DNA of 64,000 bases from Lingula anatina (taxonomy: Eukaryota > Animalia > Brachiopoda), in contig CM120646.1 of the NCBI GenBank assembly GCA_051362555.1, positions 4,836,001 through 4,900,000 on the forward strand, read 5' to 3'. Each line of letters begins with the position of its first letter. The stretch's first letter is position 1. This document shows, one piece after another, positions 1 through 13,313 of this stretch. Both the position numbers and the translations under genes were made by a program. The notes beneath the pieces are model-generated. The model was not told the origin of the DNA, did no database searches, and saw nothing but the letters and a program-made list of their open reading frames with translations.

Positions 1-611
1 TCTTATCAATGTGTGTTAAGAAAACAACAATTATTTTCAAATAAAACTTAAAAAATTTTACCAGCAGCCACAAGTTTCAAACAACAGCAATGGGAGTACA
101 GATTGAGTCATGCAAACAGCAGGAGTTGAAGATTTTACAATTCTACTAACTAACTCTGTTTGAGGTATACAACAGTCTCAGCCTAATGGTTTTGTTTACA
201 GTTAGTTTATATTTCAATATTATTGAATATTTTCATAAGTAAATCAAGATCTCAGAGGTCTGCACTTCCATAAATTTTATAAAAAATACATTATATGAGC
301 TCCCTTTTGGACACCCACTGCCTTGTATTATCAATTCAGAGGGCTGTATTCTGGAAACTCGTTTAAAGAGACCCACTTCAGTAGAGTGACAATAGTCAGA
401 AGGTTCAATAATCCAAACTTTGGACCAACAAATAAACTCTTTTATATATGTATATAAAAAAAACTGATAAAAATGTTTCAAGTTTTGGACCAGTGAACCT
501 TGGAACCACTATACTATTAAAAAAACACCCCCTTTTGTTATGAGGAGCAGATGTTTGATGCCTGTGCTGTTCTACAATTGTGAATATGTCTCAAAACTAG
601 ATATACTATAC

Positions 612-1128
612 TTGTTCTTTTGTCTGCTCCAGGGTCAAGCTGTCTTCCTCCTCTTTCTTCTTTCTAGATTCTCTCTCTTTCCTAAGTCGTTCCTGCTCAG
701 TCTCTTGTTCTTGCTCTGAAATTGCCATAGAGGGCTGACTTATAAACGTATCCTCAGTTTTCAAGCAATCGATCTTGACATGTACAGTGCATGAAGGCAA
801 GGGTAGATTACTTTTCAGAGAGACTTTAGTTGAGAGACAAGCAAAAGAATGGAGAGCACCCTAAAGACATCTGAATAGCTAGCTGGACATCATTTTACAG
901 ATATGCACAACTTTATGTTTCATACGTTTGTACATATAGCACACGTCGTATAAAATACGAGAGCTAACGCATGAAGCCATGATGACTTTTCGAGCTAAGT
1001 AAGACCGTGACACCAGCCAACATATAAATTTTACCTTGTTTCTTTTTCTCCCTCTGCTTCATGATGTGTTTCTTCAAGGCTTGGTACATGGCCCTGGTCA
1101 TCTTGGGCCTCTCTATCAGAGCAGGCAT
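612..1128 (-). CDS. GPS2: G protein pathway suppressor 2, first two coding exons (gene continues left of the last exon found)
   Basis: Exons 1128-1035 (MPALIERPKMTRAMYQALKKHIMKQREKKKQ) and 715-612 (EQEQETEQERLRKERESRKKKEEEDSLTLEQTKEQ), GT-AG intron in phase 1. Matches the recalled GPS2 N-terminus MPALLERPKLS...SLEETKEQ. An acceptor at 1168-1169 implies an upstream non-coding exon. Confidence 0.92.
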
Positions 1129-1722
1129 TCTGGAACTCTGATCAAATTATGGATACAAATTCCGGTCCTGAAAGCAAAACAACATGACTACGTTAGGTAG
1201 ATCACAATCCGCTAGGGGCGCTACAGTCGTAACTATCCACGGGCAGTGAAGTGTTAAACTGAAGTCGGCCTGCTGACAGTTCGCCTATGGAACCCCTTTT
1301 TTAAATCTCTCTTTTAGCGCTGCGTAAAAAAACTAATACAAGCCATTAACTAAATAAGTTGTAAATCAAAGAGTAAAATCCGGTCACATGATTTTCCCAT
1401 GTTGCAGTCTTTGACAAGTTTCGGTTCTGCTTGTTTTAAGTTTTGCCTCTACAAAATGCTAAAAAATTTCAGGTAAGTGCTGGTATCATCTTTTTGAAAT
1501 TTATATCCAGCAAAGTTTATGAAATTTGCTATATTATGTAGAAAAATCATGAAATTTGAAGGTTGCGAAGTATAGTTAATTTAATCCGCAATATTACATG
1601 ATGTGAAAATTACCACAGGGAAATAGCTCTGCCCTGATTAGTCACAGGCTATGTGAGCCAGACAATAGGCTGAGCACACAAAAGACGAACAGGGTGCTCT
1701 GCTGCGACTGAGTGATCACTGC

Positions 1723-3023
1723 CAGACTTTACGAAAGGCCAAAAAATCTGTCAGACATTCGGTCTGACAAGCTTGAAAATTCTGTCAGACCGAAACAAAA
1801 TCTGTCAGACCGAAGTAAAATAATAGAAATACGAACCATTATTCTTGTTTTCATGTGTATTTTCTAATGTTTTAAATCACTGACATTAAATCAAATATTA
1901 AATTTTTGATATATGTTTGTAAAAAAGTAAAATAAGAAAGAAAAACAAACAAACAAGAAAATAGACAAAAAATTACTTGCATAACAAGTTGTTTTTTATT
2001 TAATGAAAAAGACATTGTGGAATGACACAAGGACTAAGACCAATACAAGTATGAAGAATGTGTATCTAGTAATATCATACGTATGTCCATAAAAACGTCT
2101 GTTAATCAGATAACCATTTCATCCGTTGTTTTTGGCAATAACATATGCGTTTTGAAACAGCACAGTAAGGCAGTCTTTTTCATCCAATTGAAGCTTTGAC
2201 AGGGACTGTCCAGCCCGAGTCTAAGTTCCTTCTTCATTTTATTTCTTTTTTTTTTTTATTAAAAGAAACTCAAACTGTGAGCTTTCGTCAAGGTCATGTG
2301 CACTTTCTCCAACTCGTGGTGAACGGTACATGCAAATACGTACATAAGTTCCATAATTTAAGAACCCGTAATAAAGCTGTAACATTTATGTTGCTATTGA
2401 TCAAAATGATAACTCGGCACACACTATTTTCCTCTCCTACAGATTACAAGTCCGCCAGGGCCTACCTTCTTTCCAATTTTAGTAAACTTCCGTTTCTCTT
2501 CCTCACTTCGTTTTAATTTTAGCCACGCTTTGCACCAACGAAGTGTTTAAAGTTCAACAACGTCATTTTCTAAACAAAAGGTTTATCCATTAGTACTGTG
2601 TACGACTGATAAAGAAGAAACAGAGGATCAAGTCTGTGAAAACGCAAATAGCACGAGCACATGTGTTGCGGCCATTTTGTCGAGTAGGGGTATTACGAAA
2701 CGAAAACGAGACTGTACATTACATCATCCAGGAATCCCCCAACCTCAACCAGTCACAAAATAGTATTTCTGAGTGAAACTGAGGTTTATAAATTATGTAT
2801 TAATTAGCTGGGAACTCCCCGAGATTTTCACCCCGTCTCTCTTTTCGAATGAAGTAAAATATATCGTCCAGAAAAGAAACAACAACGTATTCCTTGTATT
2901 TACACATTCCCAGTCAGTTTGAAAACTCGCCGGACATAAGGTCCGACGATACAGGATTTTTTATCGGACCGAGACGAAATTTGCCAGGCATGTCCGACGG
3001 TCCGACGCCTTTCGTAAAGTCTG
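1723..3023. mobile_element. Non-autonomous hAT-like DNA transposon, 1.3 kb
   Basis: Perfect 17-bp TIR cagactttacgaaaggc / gcctttcgtaaagtctg; subterminal tcagac/tccgac repeats; 6-bp direct repeat cactgc on both flanks (1717-1722, 3024-3029). Confidence 0.85.
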
Positions 3024-3816
3024 CACTGCTGGTCAGTGGGCACAGGTTTTGAGCTGAGAAGTGTGGACACTTTTGGTGGATTTTTGCAGTTAAAAAACTT
3101 CAATATCTTTGTTGCTTGTAGGAATATTTAAAAAATTCCAAATGATTCCATCCGGTTTTTGCATTACCTTTCAGATGATATAAGTATTTTAATTTTCTGA
3201 TCAGTTTGAAAATTTTTCTGATATACCTAACTACGTGCAAATTTTAAATCTAAGAAGATTCACTTACACCTGCCTAGTTAAGGAACGTGTGAGCTTAATT
3301 TTGGTATAACGTTAAGAAAACAATATAAGCATTTCCTTCGTGAACAGATATATCGATGATACAGCGCAAGACTATGTTCATATACTCACAAATATTCCAA
3401 TAATATCTGGTGCGATTTGCAAATGGCTCGTTTATTAATTTACTCTCTATGAAAAGGAGGAAGAAAAGATAGTTTCACACATATCAAGATAGGCCGATTC
3501 GCCTACTAGTAGGGTGTTACAAAACTATTCAGAAAGTGTGGACTTTCGCCAAGGCAGCTCACTATTAAGCTTAATAAGTTATGTATTGATTAGTAAAATG
3601 ATCAACCAATTAATCAATTTACTCAACAATGTATGGTAACGCGCCCTGGGTAGGCCTAGATGGAACGCATAACTTCACAGCAACCTCAGATATCGGGGGT
3701 GCGGGCACAAATTAGACAAATTTTGGCTTTGTAGAACCAACTGGGAATGAGTTAGAGCAACAAACCTGGTGTTAAAGCAAGCTACATGAGCTCAACTACA
3801 TATGCAATCATTGAAT

Positions 3817-3840
3817 GGGGGGGGGGGGGGGGGGGGGGGG
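3817..3840 (+). repeat. Poly-G tract (24 nt)
   Basis: Direct reading. Confidence 0.95.
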
Positions 3841-4997
3841 CAAGCTGGCCCAAGGGTCGGGAAAAGTTTGCACCTTATACAGTACAATGTAGTATCCCAT
3901 GTAAACGCCATGAAATACATTTTAAACATTTTTATTTTACTAAATTGATATTTTAGAGTATTTATACTGAATAGGTAGTTTAAATGCGGTTTCTATAGGC
4001 CTACGTGACGTTGTATGTGTTGTAACCTATGTGTTGCAAGGACCCAACCATATTATCAATGGACCAAACTGTTTTAAATTTAAATTTAAATTTAAACTGA
4101 TTATAGCCGCATAAAGCAGGTTTAATAATCGAAAAATAAACTTTTGCTTTATAAGCATCTTACAATTTCTATCTTAAACTGATAAGCCTATTAATTAAAA
4201 AAGAAAAACATTGTCTTTGTCGTATCAATGGTCTAATATAGGCCTACACTGTACTTTGAATCAACCATACCGAGCCACCTGAAAGACATCTCAACGCCCC
4301 TCTACTTCTATTATGCGGCAGTATGGTCTCGTTTCAAGAGTCGTGTATTTCGTGATTTGTCAAGATAATGTCGCTAGTTGTAAGAGATATTTTATTGTAT
4401 GAATTCCACTAAAATTATTTCTTTCACTAAAGTGTGACAAGAAAATGCAGAGCAATGAAATACTCGAGCGAAAGAGAGTTCTAAAATATCTAGGTAAATT
4501 ATAGAGTGAAAGGGTTCCACAGATGATCGAGATTTAGGTGCATCAGGCTGATGAAGAAGAAAAAAACACGTTCACGCTTCCATACAAAATCTGAGTTAAG
4601 TTTCAAATTGCTAATCTTTAGGCTATATCTTCTGCTTGTCATCTATGTCGTGGACACTGCATTGAGTTAGTTCACAGGTGTCAGTAAAACTCGTGAAGCA
4701 CTGTAACCTGATCGTCTCCCAATCTACCGCCACTTAGAGACCATAATTAACCTCAGTTCTTCGTCGTTGTTCAATAGTTAAATGCTTCAGGTGCCGGTGT
4801 GCCACAGTGCCACGTAGGCCTACATTTAAACAGGGTACTGAGTTCATGTAGGCCTACGGTTATTTATAATTTTATCATTGTAATTATATAATTGAAAATA
4901 GTTGACACTGTACACTCACACGTGTGACAGGCTTTAATTGAAATAATTATATTATTATTGATTTTGAAAAACAATACGGTAGCAAAAGGCTATTATA

Positions 4998-5388
4998 CAG
5001 GGGCGGATCCAAGATATTTTGAAGGCGGGACGGGGAAGGAGGCGAATGCGAAGTCGGTGGGGGGGGGGGGTTACTCCCTTTTACTGGCCCCAGGCACCCA
5101 AAAGTCACTCATTTAGGCGACCATCTTACATAATAGTCAACATTAGATCGACAGTCTCTCCAGGGGCGGATCCAGGATTATTTAAATGGTGGTCCGATTT
5201 TTGTTAGCAATTACAGGCGTCGGATAATAAGAAGCCGGCTCTCGGCCCCCTAGGAGTGTTTTAGGGGGCAAACGGCGCCATTTGGTACGGTTTAGAACTA
5301 TGAATCAGCTTTTCAAAATTCTAATTTCAAGGGAAGAAAATTAGTGTGATCTTTTCTTCAGACCCCCTCCCCTCTTAAACCGCAACTG
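4998..5388 (+). mobile_element. CAGGGGCGGATCC-type MITE, with a second left end at 5161
   Basis: Starts caggggcggatcc, ends ccgcaactg; internal block ggcgccatttggtacgg...agaactatga shared with 15565-15730 and 38726-38907; imperfect 5-bp flank ttata/ttaaa. Confidence 0.65.
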
Positions 5389-7103
5389 TTAAACGTTGTG
5401 TAATGTCGAGAAGGCTACTGAGTGAATTCAAGTTTGGGCGCTTTAATTGATAAGTTTGCCTGGAACGTTCCTAGTTGGATGACTTCATACGGTTTTACTT
5501 TTATTTTGTTTTACACAGAGACTACTTAGATTACACTGATTTTGACTTCACATGTGACGTTATAGAGCACGAGGACTTTCCAAAGATGTTCACACCTGAG
5601 AGATTGAGGTTTTGATTAGTTTTGCAATGTTTAATGTCGAGTGTGGGGTTGCACAGCACTGTATGAACATAGGAACAGTCTTGATAAGCAGGGGAAAGGG
5701 GGAGTGGGCACGAAAAAAATGCTTGGGTAAAGCAATAGGGGCGACATGACTTTTGAAAAAACTTTCTGCTGGGAAAATAGCACTTTTTGTTGAAAGGGCA
5801 GTATGACATGCATGTTGCCATGTCAGATTAGCTGTTTACACCAAATTTGATCTGTGGCGTATATGGTAAAGGATAGAGAACTATGACCATTCCCGTCTAA
5901 GCATCATTTTAAAGACTTTAAAAGTGAAGAGAAAGGAAAACTTTAAGATAATGGCCAGCAATAAGTTGTTGTCAAACCGATCACTTATTCTAAATTATAC
6001 CGGCTTTTTTCCCGTGACTTCCCGATTGCACCAGGTCGTTGTTGTAACGGACGTTTTTTCTTGCAGCCGCGCACGCCACTGACAGCGTTGTGCCTGATCA
6101 ACCCGCTGATGTAAAGAGATTGCCTTTCCATTTGTGTAGTGTGTCTTTAATTCGCCCCCCTTGTTCTCGGAGGCCGGTGATACGCAAACGTTCATATTAA
6201 AATAGTGATTATTTGGAAAATTGGAGTGTAGATTTACACCGTTCGTTTGGCAGGTGATACAATGGTACATAATATGACATATAAACATGTTTACCTTTTT
6301 GGTTCTGTTTATACACAGGTAATATTTGGAATGACACAGTTCCGGTCCAAGATCGACCCAAATATATCAGCGGTGCACGTATAAATCTCGGTGCGGTCGG
6401 CCCCAATTAAGAATAAATTGAAAATACCTAGATTAGCATTAAAAAAATATTGCAGCTCTCTAGCATTGTGTATAAGAATGGTTTTTTTATTTACCAAAAA
6501 GGTTTGTGCTGTAACTGCTAAAATTATCGATGTTTAATTAACAATGCCATTGGGTCTTAAACATTCCGGGTACGGTTAGGGTTAAGTGAAAGGGTTTGAA
6601 GGAGCAATAGGGCACATTTTTATCACAATTTACCTGAAAAAGATGTTTCACATTAAATATTATTAAGTTTGTTATTTTTAAATTGTACCTTTTTTTACAA
6701 AAATCCTGACAAACATGTAACTGCATGTGTATATCACAAACACTAATGATTTCAAAGCTGAGTTATGCAATTTTCGCGTCAGTAAGTGGGCGGTAAGATA
6801 TTAGCTCAAGCTTAAGCTTATCAAGTTTATCGCCCGCTGACACTTGATTAAAAAGCTACACGTACATTTTAAATATTATATTTCTCGCCAGTAAGCCGAC
6901 GGTAAGCCAGTGAGCCTCGCAACTGGACACAAGCTTAACGCCCACTGACACTCGTCATACTAATTATTTGTTGAGATCGAATTGGCAAATTTGTTGGATT
7001 TGATATCTCAAATCTTACATGGGTCTTTCATTTCATTGTGTAACATCTTAAAAAGATGGAAGAGCGCCCCTCAGCCCGTCGTGAAGGGTAGAAGATAGAA
7101 GAA

Positions 7104-7271
7104 CAGGGGCGGATCCAGAGATATTTTCTGACAGTCTTCCAAATTATCTTTGTTGATCCATCTTCCATTTTTGACAGTCTTCCGACAGAAAACATTAGAT
7201 GGCTGACAATGTAAACTTGAAAATCTGACCGTCCTCCAGAAGACCCAGAAGACGGCCTAAATCCGCCCCTG
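7104..7271. mobile_element. MITE, hAT-like termini
   Basis: TIR caggggcggat / atccgcccctg; 6-bp TSD gaagaa. Confidence 0.85.
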
Positions 7272-7589
7272 GAAGAATATGTAAAATACTGACGGGGTGT
7301 CTGAATTATCATTATTATTATTATTATTATTATTAATTGAAAAATAAAAGATAAAACAGCATTTACGAGTAAGACTTTAGGAGAGCGATCGTCTGACTTT
7401 AACAGTATATCAACGCGCTGCAACGGCAGCGAGCACGTTGCTTGTCGAGAACAAATCTACTGCTCAGTGATAGGCTGAGTGATAGGAACTGGGTGTGAAA
7501 ATTAATGATTGACTTTGAGTTACCAATGATTGACACACGAGGTATACATAAACGTGGAAGAGGGCCATGTGAATGTACAATATATCGAT

Positions 7590-7766
7590 GATATCCTTGA
7601 CCAGTGAGAGCTTTTTATCCAACCACAAGCAGGTTTAAATTCAAGCGGTACAAGCAGTCTGATAGAATCCACGGCCATTGACGAGAATCAAGGCGTCGCA
7701 GATCAGTGCTGAATCTTCAGTTGTCTTCTATAGTCCAGATCTGTATTTAGATTTAGCAGATTACAG
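7590..7766 (+). other. Predicted non-coding exon 1 of GPCR copy 1 (start approximate)
   Basis: Alignable by eye with 25030-25192 upstream of GPCR copy 2; both blocks end at a conserved cag|gt donor. Confidence 0.55.
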
Positions 7767-8989
7767 GTAGGAGAAAATTAATTTTCTTCCTTAGTCAAAA
7801 AAAAAAAAAAAAGACTTGGATTGATGGGCACAGAGAGTGAAGTAAAAGCACAATTTATGTGCCAAGCCAAAATCTTAATTTTCCTTTAATGGCTACTTCT
7901 GAGACCTTTTCTAGTAGTTGATAAGTGCCAGTCTTCGTGCGAAAAATGTTTTCATAGGGTTCACCAAATCTAAAGTATAAAAAGAGAAACGTTCACTTAG
8001 AAGGTATAACTAGGTATTATTGTCACACAGGTCTAGCTTCTGATTTCTCAGTGTGGAACGGGGCTTCTTCAGGGCAGCGTATCTAACATTTAGCGTCACA
8101 TGCAGCTTCTCCTATCCTTTTGCAGTTATTTTGAAAAAAGTTAACCAATATAAAAAAAAAAAAAAAAAAAAAACAATCTGTACATATACAGCTAGGGTAG
8201 ATTTGTACGCAAAGTATAAGGAATAGCTTGGATTGACGGGCACAGAGAGTGAGCTAAAAGGGCAAATAATGTGCCAACTTCTATAAGAAATTGATTCACA
8301 AAATTTTACTGACTCTGCAACCACCGTCTGTGCGTGGAATCAAAAGGTTCTGTAACGTTTGCGCTGTAATGGCGTTGCACATTGGGTACAAAAGTCGTAT
8401 GAAATCATTTTTGTTTGCAGGGTTATCCAACAATTTTCCATTCCCGAGGATATCCCACACACTTTTTTGCTATCTAAGTATATATTATTCTAATTTATTT
8501 TAGAACAAAACTTGACTTTAGAACTTCAAAATCGTCATCTATATTTATCACCAGACATAGCTAATTTAGCATGACACATACACTGTAGTGGAACAGTTTA
8601 GAAAATCCTTTGTTTTTAAAACAGCTGAAACTGGTGTTTACAACTTTTTAATGTCGAAAATAATATGTTTGAGCAGCTATGTTAGGATATACGTGAAAAA
8701 CTGACATAATGAATGTGATTTATTTGGCTGTACAATAAGATAATCATTTGCAGAATTCCAGCTCGCCAACTAGCTCCCAACAGGTTGCATGTTATTTCTC
8801 GGGTCATCTACTCAAAGTAGGGTCAGTTGTGTCTAATGGCAGGGACATACAAGGTTTTAACAATGAAGAACAGCAGTGACTAAGTAGATTAATTTCCCTT
8901 ATAATACAGCAATATATCTCTTCAAAATAAATTGTCGCCTCAGACCAAAAACTTTCCTATAATGAAAATCTGAGTGTGGAGTCACCTTG

Positions 8990-9460
8990 TAGGTGACTCA
9001 GATTTTCATGGTACATGTACAGTGGGATGTTGGATGACTTGGATTCAATTGCAATTTGTTCTTGGTAGTATACCAGTCGGTACTGTGGTCGGTGTCTATG
9101 ATATATTCAGAAAACGCAGAGCTGGTATAGCCTACAGTCACTGATTGCCTGTGTTCGTTAACCATGGTCTTCAACTGCCTGTCTGTCTTACCAATATAAA
9201 AGGAATGCAATCATGTCAATTGATATCACATATAGCACGTCCCACAATGTTGATCCCTTTGGCGCCACTAAGTGTTGTTTCAATGTGCACTGGGGTCAAT
9301 AAACCGTGTTGATAATTTGCTTTTTGTAGATCCTTAACTTTACTTTGAAATTTGCTCCAGTAAGGGAGAATTACTACCGGTAGCTGCTTTGTGTTGGCTG
9401 CGTCTGTTGGTTCACAGTTTGTCACTACTGTCCTGTCCTGAATTGGTTTCATCTTCAAAG
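8990..9460 (-). mobile_element. Degenerate Penelope-like retroelement 3' fragment (GIY-YIG endonuclease)
   Basis: Broken frames give VVILPY and FYIGKTDRQLKTMVNEHRQSV...SSAFSEYIIDTDHSTDW, the typical Penelope endonuclease signature YIGxTxRxLxxRxxEH...SAxxxH. Confidence 0.8.
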
Positions 9461-10666
9461 TCCAAGATAGGAAACATGATGAAAGCCCAAGTCCAGGTTG
9501 GCTGTAAACTAACGGTATGAAATAATTTTCAGCTTGTGTAAGATAATTATCATATATGATCCAAGGTAATTAACGTTTTTCTCAATTGAGAACAGTAGGA
9601 CAAATTAATTTTCTCTACATTTCAACATCCCTTATTTATGAACCAATTTGTCGCGTTATGTCAAAAAATTCTCAAAACCATGCATGCATTGTACGGGGTT
9701 TTATTACTAGTATAAGTACAGGCAAAAACGGCTCTTCTCAGTTAATAAATGTATATACAGGTATATAGAAACAATATTATAAGTCACAGTGTGTATCTTT
9801 AAAACATCCAATTTGCACTTCCTCGAGACGGACAGGAGTTTCCAGTAGTTTCAAACTCGTCAAATTATATCTAACTTAATAGCACTGCGGTATCTACTTA
9901 ATTAACGATGTTGAGTTTCACGTTAATGCAAATTGGGCACATTGTGTTGGCTTTCAAAAGGACGTTGTCTCCGACAGATGTTTTAAACGGATAATCCATT
10001 TTTCGCTTACACGGCTCAACAGGTAATTAGCATACTTATGGTATCATACGTAGCTTTGAAATGACGACATAATTATAAACCCAGTTTCCTGTGGGGACGG
10101 TTTTGATGAAGGAGAAAAAATGTTGCAAAGCAATTCACTGGCTATCTAAATCGTATGGTAAGTATCTACACTTGATGGTGAGAAGAGCCAAGTTTCTATC
10201 AAAATAATGATGCAGTTCGTTTATTATGATGTAATTTCGTCTGAGAATGTGCAAATAAAAAAAGCAGAACTTGACTAAGATAGCCGTTAACAACCTATTT
10301 AAGTGCAAAAGTCATAAACATAAAGGAAGTCCCAATATTAAAACCAATTGCTCTGGAAAGCGTGCCTTAGCAACGGTGGCCACAAAAGACACAAAAGGCG
10401 GTTGTTGCATTTAACCGACTGTGAATGGGGAATATGTATTTTTTTCATTATTTTCTTATTATCAGCATGCCGCTGAAGAGTTCTTATGTGTACGATTTGC
10501 TTAACGAGATAATAAAGCACTTTTGTCGGCAGAGAAATAAAGGTGAGTACTAAATTGAGAAGACAGTGATAATATATCACAGATTACCCATGTGATCTAC
10601 GGAACTCCACCAAAAGGAGTTTTTTTTTTTTTGTCTGGTCTAATTTGACAATGACATTTGTTCTAG

Positions 10667-10753
10667 ATCTGATCGCCGTCCATGGTTTAAGAGCTGTCCA
10701 TTCTGTGTAATAGCGAAGCTTACAGAACACTGCATCCAATATTTATTATTCAG
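10667..10753 (+). other. Predicted 5'UTR exon 2 of GPCR copy 1
   Basis: tgttctag acceptor and cag|gtaagaa donor, both conserved in the paralogous block 27979-28061. Confidence 0.65.
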
Positions 10754-11775
10754 GTAAGAAAAAAAACAGCATTTTTACCTTCTAAAGCTTAATCCTGTTC
10801 ACAGTGTGTATATCTGTGCTTTACTCTTTGAAGATGTTCTAGAGTATTTTCGACATCCAGCGATAAGAGCCAGAACAGTCAATTATTTGTCATAAGCTAG
10901 ATTAATTCATCAAGTTAACGACTGAAATGTTAAAGGCCTACTTCACAACAGGGATGAATATCTGAAACAGGGACTTAATTAACACGAACTTTCAGAAATC
11001 TTTGACAACATACTAGTAATCCCCAACAACCTTTACCCCATGAATTGCGAATCGTTCAGTTCAATGATGATGGAAACTTTCTTATAAAAGATTTTACGCT
11101 TGTAGCAATCAACCACATACACCTGAAGGCACACGTGTACAGTGCTCTTTAGACCATATTAAGTAATTTTCAAATGCCCTAGCAGAAAAAAACCATCTGT
11201 TACGTGTAGGCCTACATTCGCGTTCTCAATTTTTCATTTTGCTACCACGATTGATATTCGCCTGTCTCCATCTCCATTACGTGAGCCACCGTAATTCAGG
11301 AGGATATATCATTCAAAGTACGGTTTATAGATCCTAAGTCTGTGAGCGATTTTAGAGATGGTGTATATTGGTGATTAACGGTGCAGTTGGACCGAGCGTG
11401 AGTGGAGCGTGGGTTCCCAGTGATGCATATAAACCACCTCTAGTAGTTTCTTGTACGACTCAAATTAAGGCTACATACCAATAGTTTACAAGGAATAAGT
11501 TAACGGAATTAATCATTCGATCGTCCATTGAAAAGCTTTAAATCGCACCTTCGTCAAGTTTTTGGTCCTATATTAAAATTTGAATTTCTTATCTGACCTG
11601 CATCTCTTCTCCGTTAATATACAACACAGAATGCAACCAGAAAAGTCCGTTCAAATATCACTTTTCGGGTTATATGAAAAGATGCCTTTTGGTATTTCTA
11701 TTTCTGTTTATGCTGTATGTAAGTATGGCGAAAATTTGCCGGTTTTAATGGCAAAAATAACTTCAAATGCATGTT

Positions 11776-11939
11776 CAGGGCCGTAGCCTCCGGGGGGGGC
11801 AGGGGGGGCAGCTGCCCCCCCCCCCTGGGATTTAGAATTTCCCACACTGGTAGGGGGCCACCCACTCCCCCCTGGGGGGCTTCGCCCCCTCGTGTCCGCT
11901 TACTGCCCCCCCTGGCATTTTGCTCAGGCTACGGCCCTG
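11776..11939. mobile_element. GC-rich MITE in GPCR1 intron
   Basis: TIR cagggccgtagcct / aggctacggccctg; 5-bp TSD atgtt; absent from the paralogous intron of GPCR2. Confidence 0.88.
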
Positions 11940-12128
11940 ATGTTTATAGTGAAAAGAATGCAATGGCGACCAGAAAAATAAACATTTTGCTAGGTAAAGT
12001 TGAGGCTCATATTTGTGCGTTCAACGCCATTGATGAAGCAATGATATATATTTTGATCTTTCTTTTTAGGAACAACACGTTCGAATAGATTCTCGGGGTT
12101 TTCGGTTGTAAGATCATTTCACTGAATC

Positions 12129-13313
12129 ATGCACTGGCAAGGAACAGAAGAACCATCCAACCGGTCACGTCTTGAAATATTTACTAAAACACCAGGCGGG
12201 ACTCCTTGGAATGACGCAGTCAACAGTTCCAGCGTTCCAAATATGGATTTCATAAGCCATTCGGAAGTAACTACCGAAGGTATTTTGAATTTATTGAGTA
12301 CCACAGACAGCATTAGTGGAACGGTTTTTGAAACGAATGAGACAGATTTTCAAACTGTTAATATAAACTCAACAAATGACCCTTGCTTTAATATTGGCTG
12401 CATGCCTATTATTGTCACCAATTTTGTCGTGGCTGGTCTGTGCGCTTTTGCCAATCTTGTGGTCATGGCGGCCTTTATCAAGTGCCCTCGGTTGCGTACA
12501 AAGACCAACATTATCATATTCAGTCTGTCTGTGGCTGACCTCCTTGTGGCGTGTGTGCACTTCCCTTTCAACACCGTGGGACTGCATCTAATCCACATCG
12601 TCCCCGCTTTAGAGCCAATGAAGTACAATGTCTATTTCTGTTTCATTAGAGTATCTGTAGGGTCTTTTCTCACCACCACGGGGAACATACATACGGTCTT
12701 TATAGCCGTGGAAAGATACTTCAAAATATGCCAGTCTCAGAGGTATGACTCTGTTTTGTCAAAAAGAAAGGTTATACTAGGTTGCATTGCCATCTACGTC
12801 TTTAGGTTAATTCTGGTCAGTTTAAATTGGATTTGGGTGGTTTGGTCTCCCGGGGATGACTGTAAAATAGAAACTCTCCTGCACCCTGTGGTGTTTCGTG
12901 TGAGTTCTTACCAGATCCTTATTGCATTGTTCATATCGGGTGGTTGTTATATAGCAATTTTCCGCCATGTGCACCGTATGGGAAAAAACATGTCAAAGCA
13001 TTCATCGACCCCTAGACAGTCGGGTGAAACATCAAGAGAAAGCCAAACAAAACGGGAAATCCAACTATTTAAAGTAATTTTCAGAACAGAATGCGTGTAT
13101 CTCTTATGTTATTGTCCGTACCCACTCATGGTGTGGATATCTGGTAACAATAATAATGGTGCCACTTGGCTCGTGACAACGACCTATATATGCAAGAAGA
13201 TGTTTTGGTTAGGGTGCGGCCTTAATCCGATAGTATATGGATTCTTAAACAACAATTATAGGGCGGCAATTGGGAGCCTTTTTGGACGTAAAATGGCTAA
13301 CGGTCCTATGTAG
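12129..13313 (+). CDS. Orphan rhodopsin-family (class A) GPCR, copy 1, 394 aa, single coding exon
   Basis: Seven hydrophobic segments; ANLVV (TM1), LSVADLLV (TM2), C3.25, AVERY, CYCPY (TM6), LNPIVYG (NPxxY) and helix 8; N-glycosylation sites in the N-terminus; acceptor tctttttag just upstream. Confidence 0.95.
   Translation: MHWQGTEEPSNRSRLEIFTKTPGGTPWNDAVNSSSVPNMDFISHSEVTTEGILNLLSTTDSISGTVFETNETDFQTVNINSTNDPCFNIGCMPIIVTNFVVAGLCAFANLVVMAAFIKCPRLRTKTNIIIFSLSVADLLVACVHFPFNTVGLHLIHIVPALEPMKYNVYFCFIRVSVGSFLTTTGNIHTVFIAVERYFKICQSQRYDSVLSKRKVILGCIAIYVFRLILVSLNWIWVVWSPGDDCKIETLLHPVVFRVSSYQILIALFISGGCYIAIFRHVHRMGKNMSKHSSTPRQSGETSRESQTKREIQLFKVIFRTECVYLLCYCPYPLMVWISGNNNNGATWLVTTTYICKKMFWLGCGLNPIVYGFLNNNYRAAIGSLFGRKMANGPM

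Noticed and set aside
5540-7028. Possible Kolobok/THAP transposon relic (MSYYVPLY...GVNLH.NFP on the minus strand near 6200-6290)
   Set aside because: The THAP cysteines are missing and no matching TIR pair or TSD could be established.
11771-12088. 105-aa ORF upstream of GPCR1
   Set aside because: Arises from a GC-rich MITE plus intron sequence.
12350-12628. Antisense and alternative-frame ORFs conserved in both GPCR copies
   Set aside because: Explained by the near-identity of the overlapping GPCR coding sequence.
13180-13240. TM7 lysines suggesting an opsin
   Set aside because: Counting from NPxxY, the lysines are at 7.39/7.40; position 7.43 (the retinal Schiff-base Lys) is Trp.
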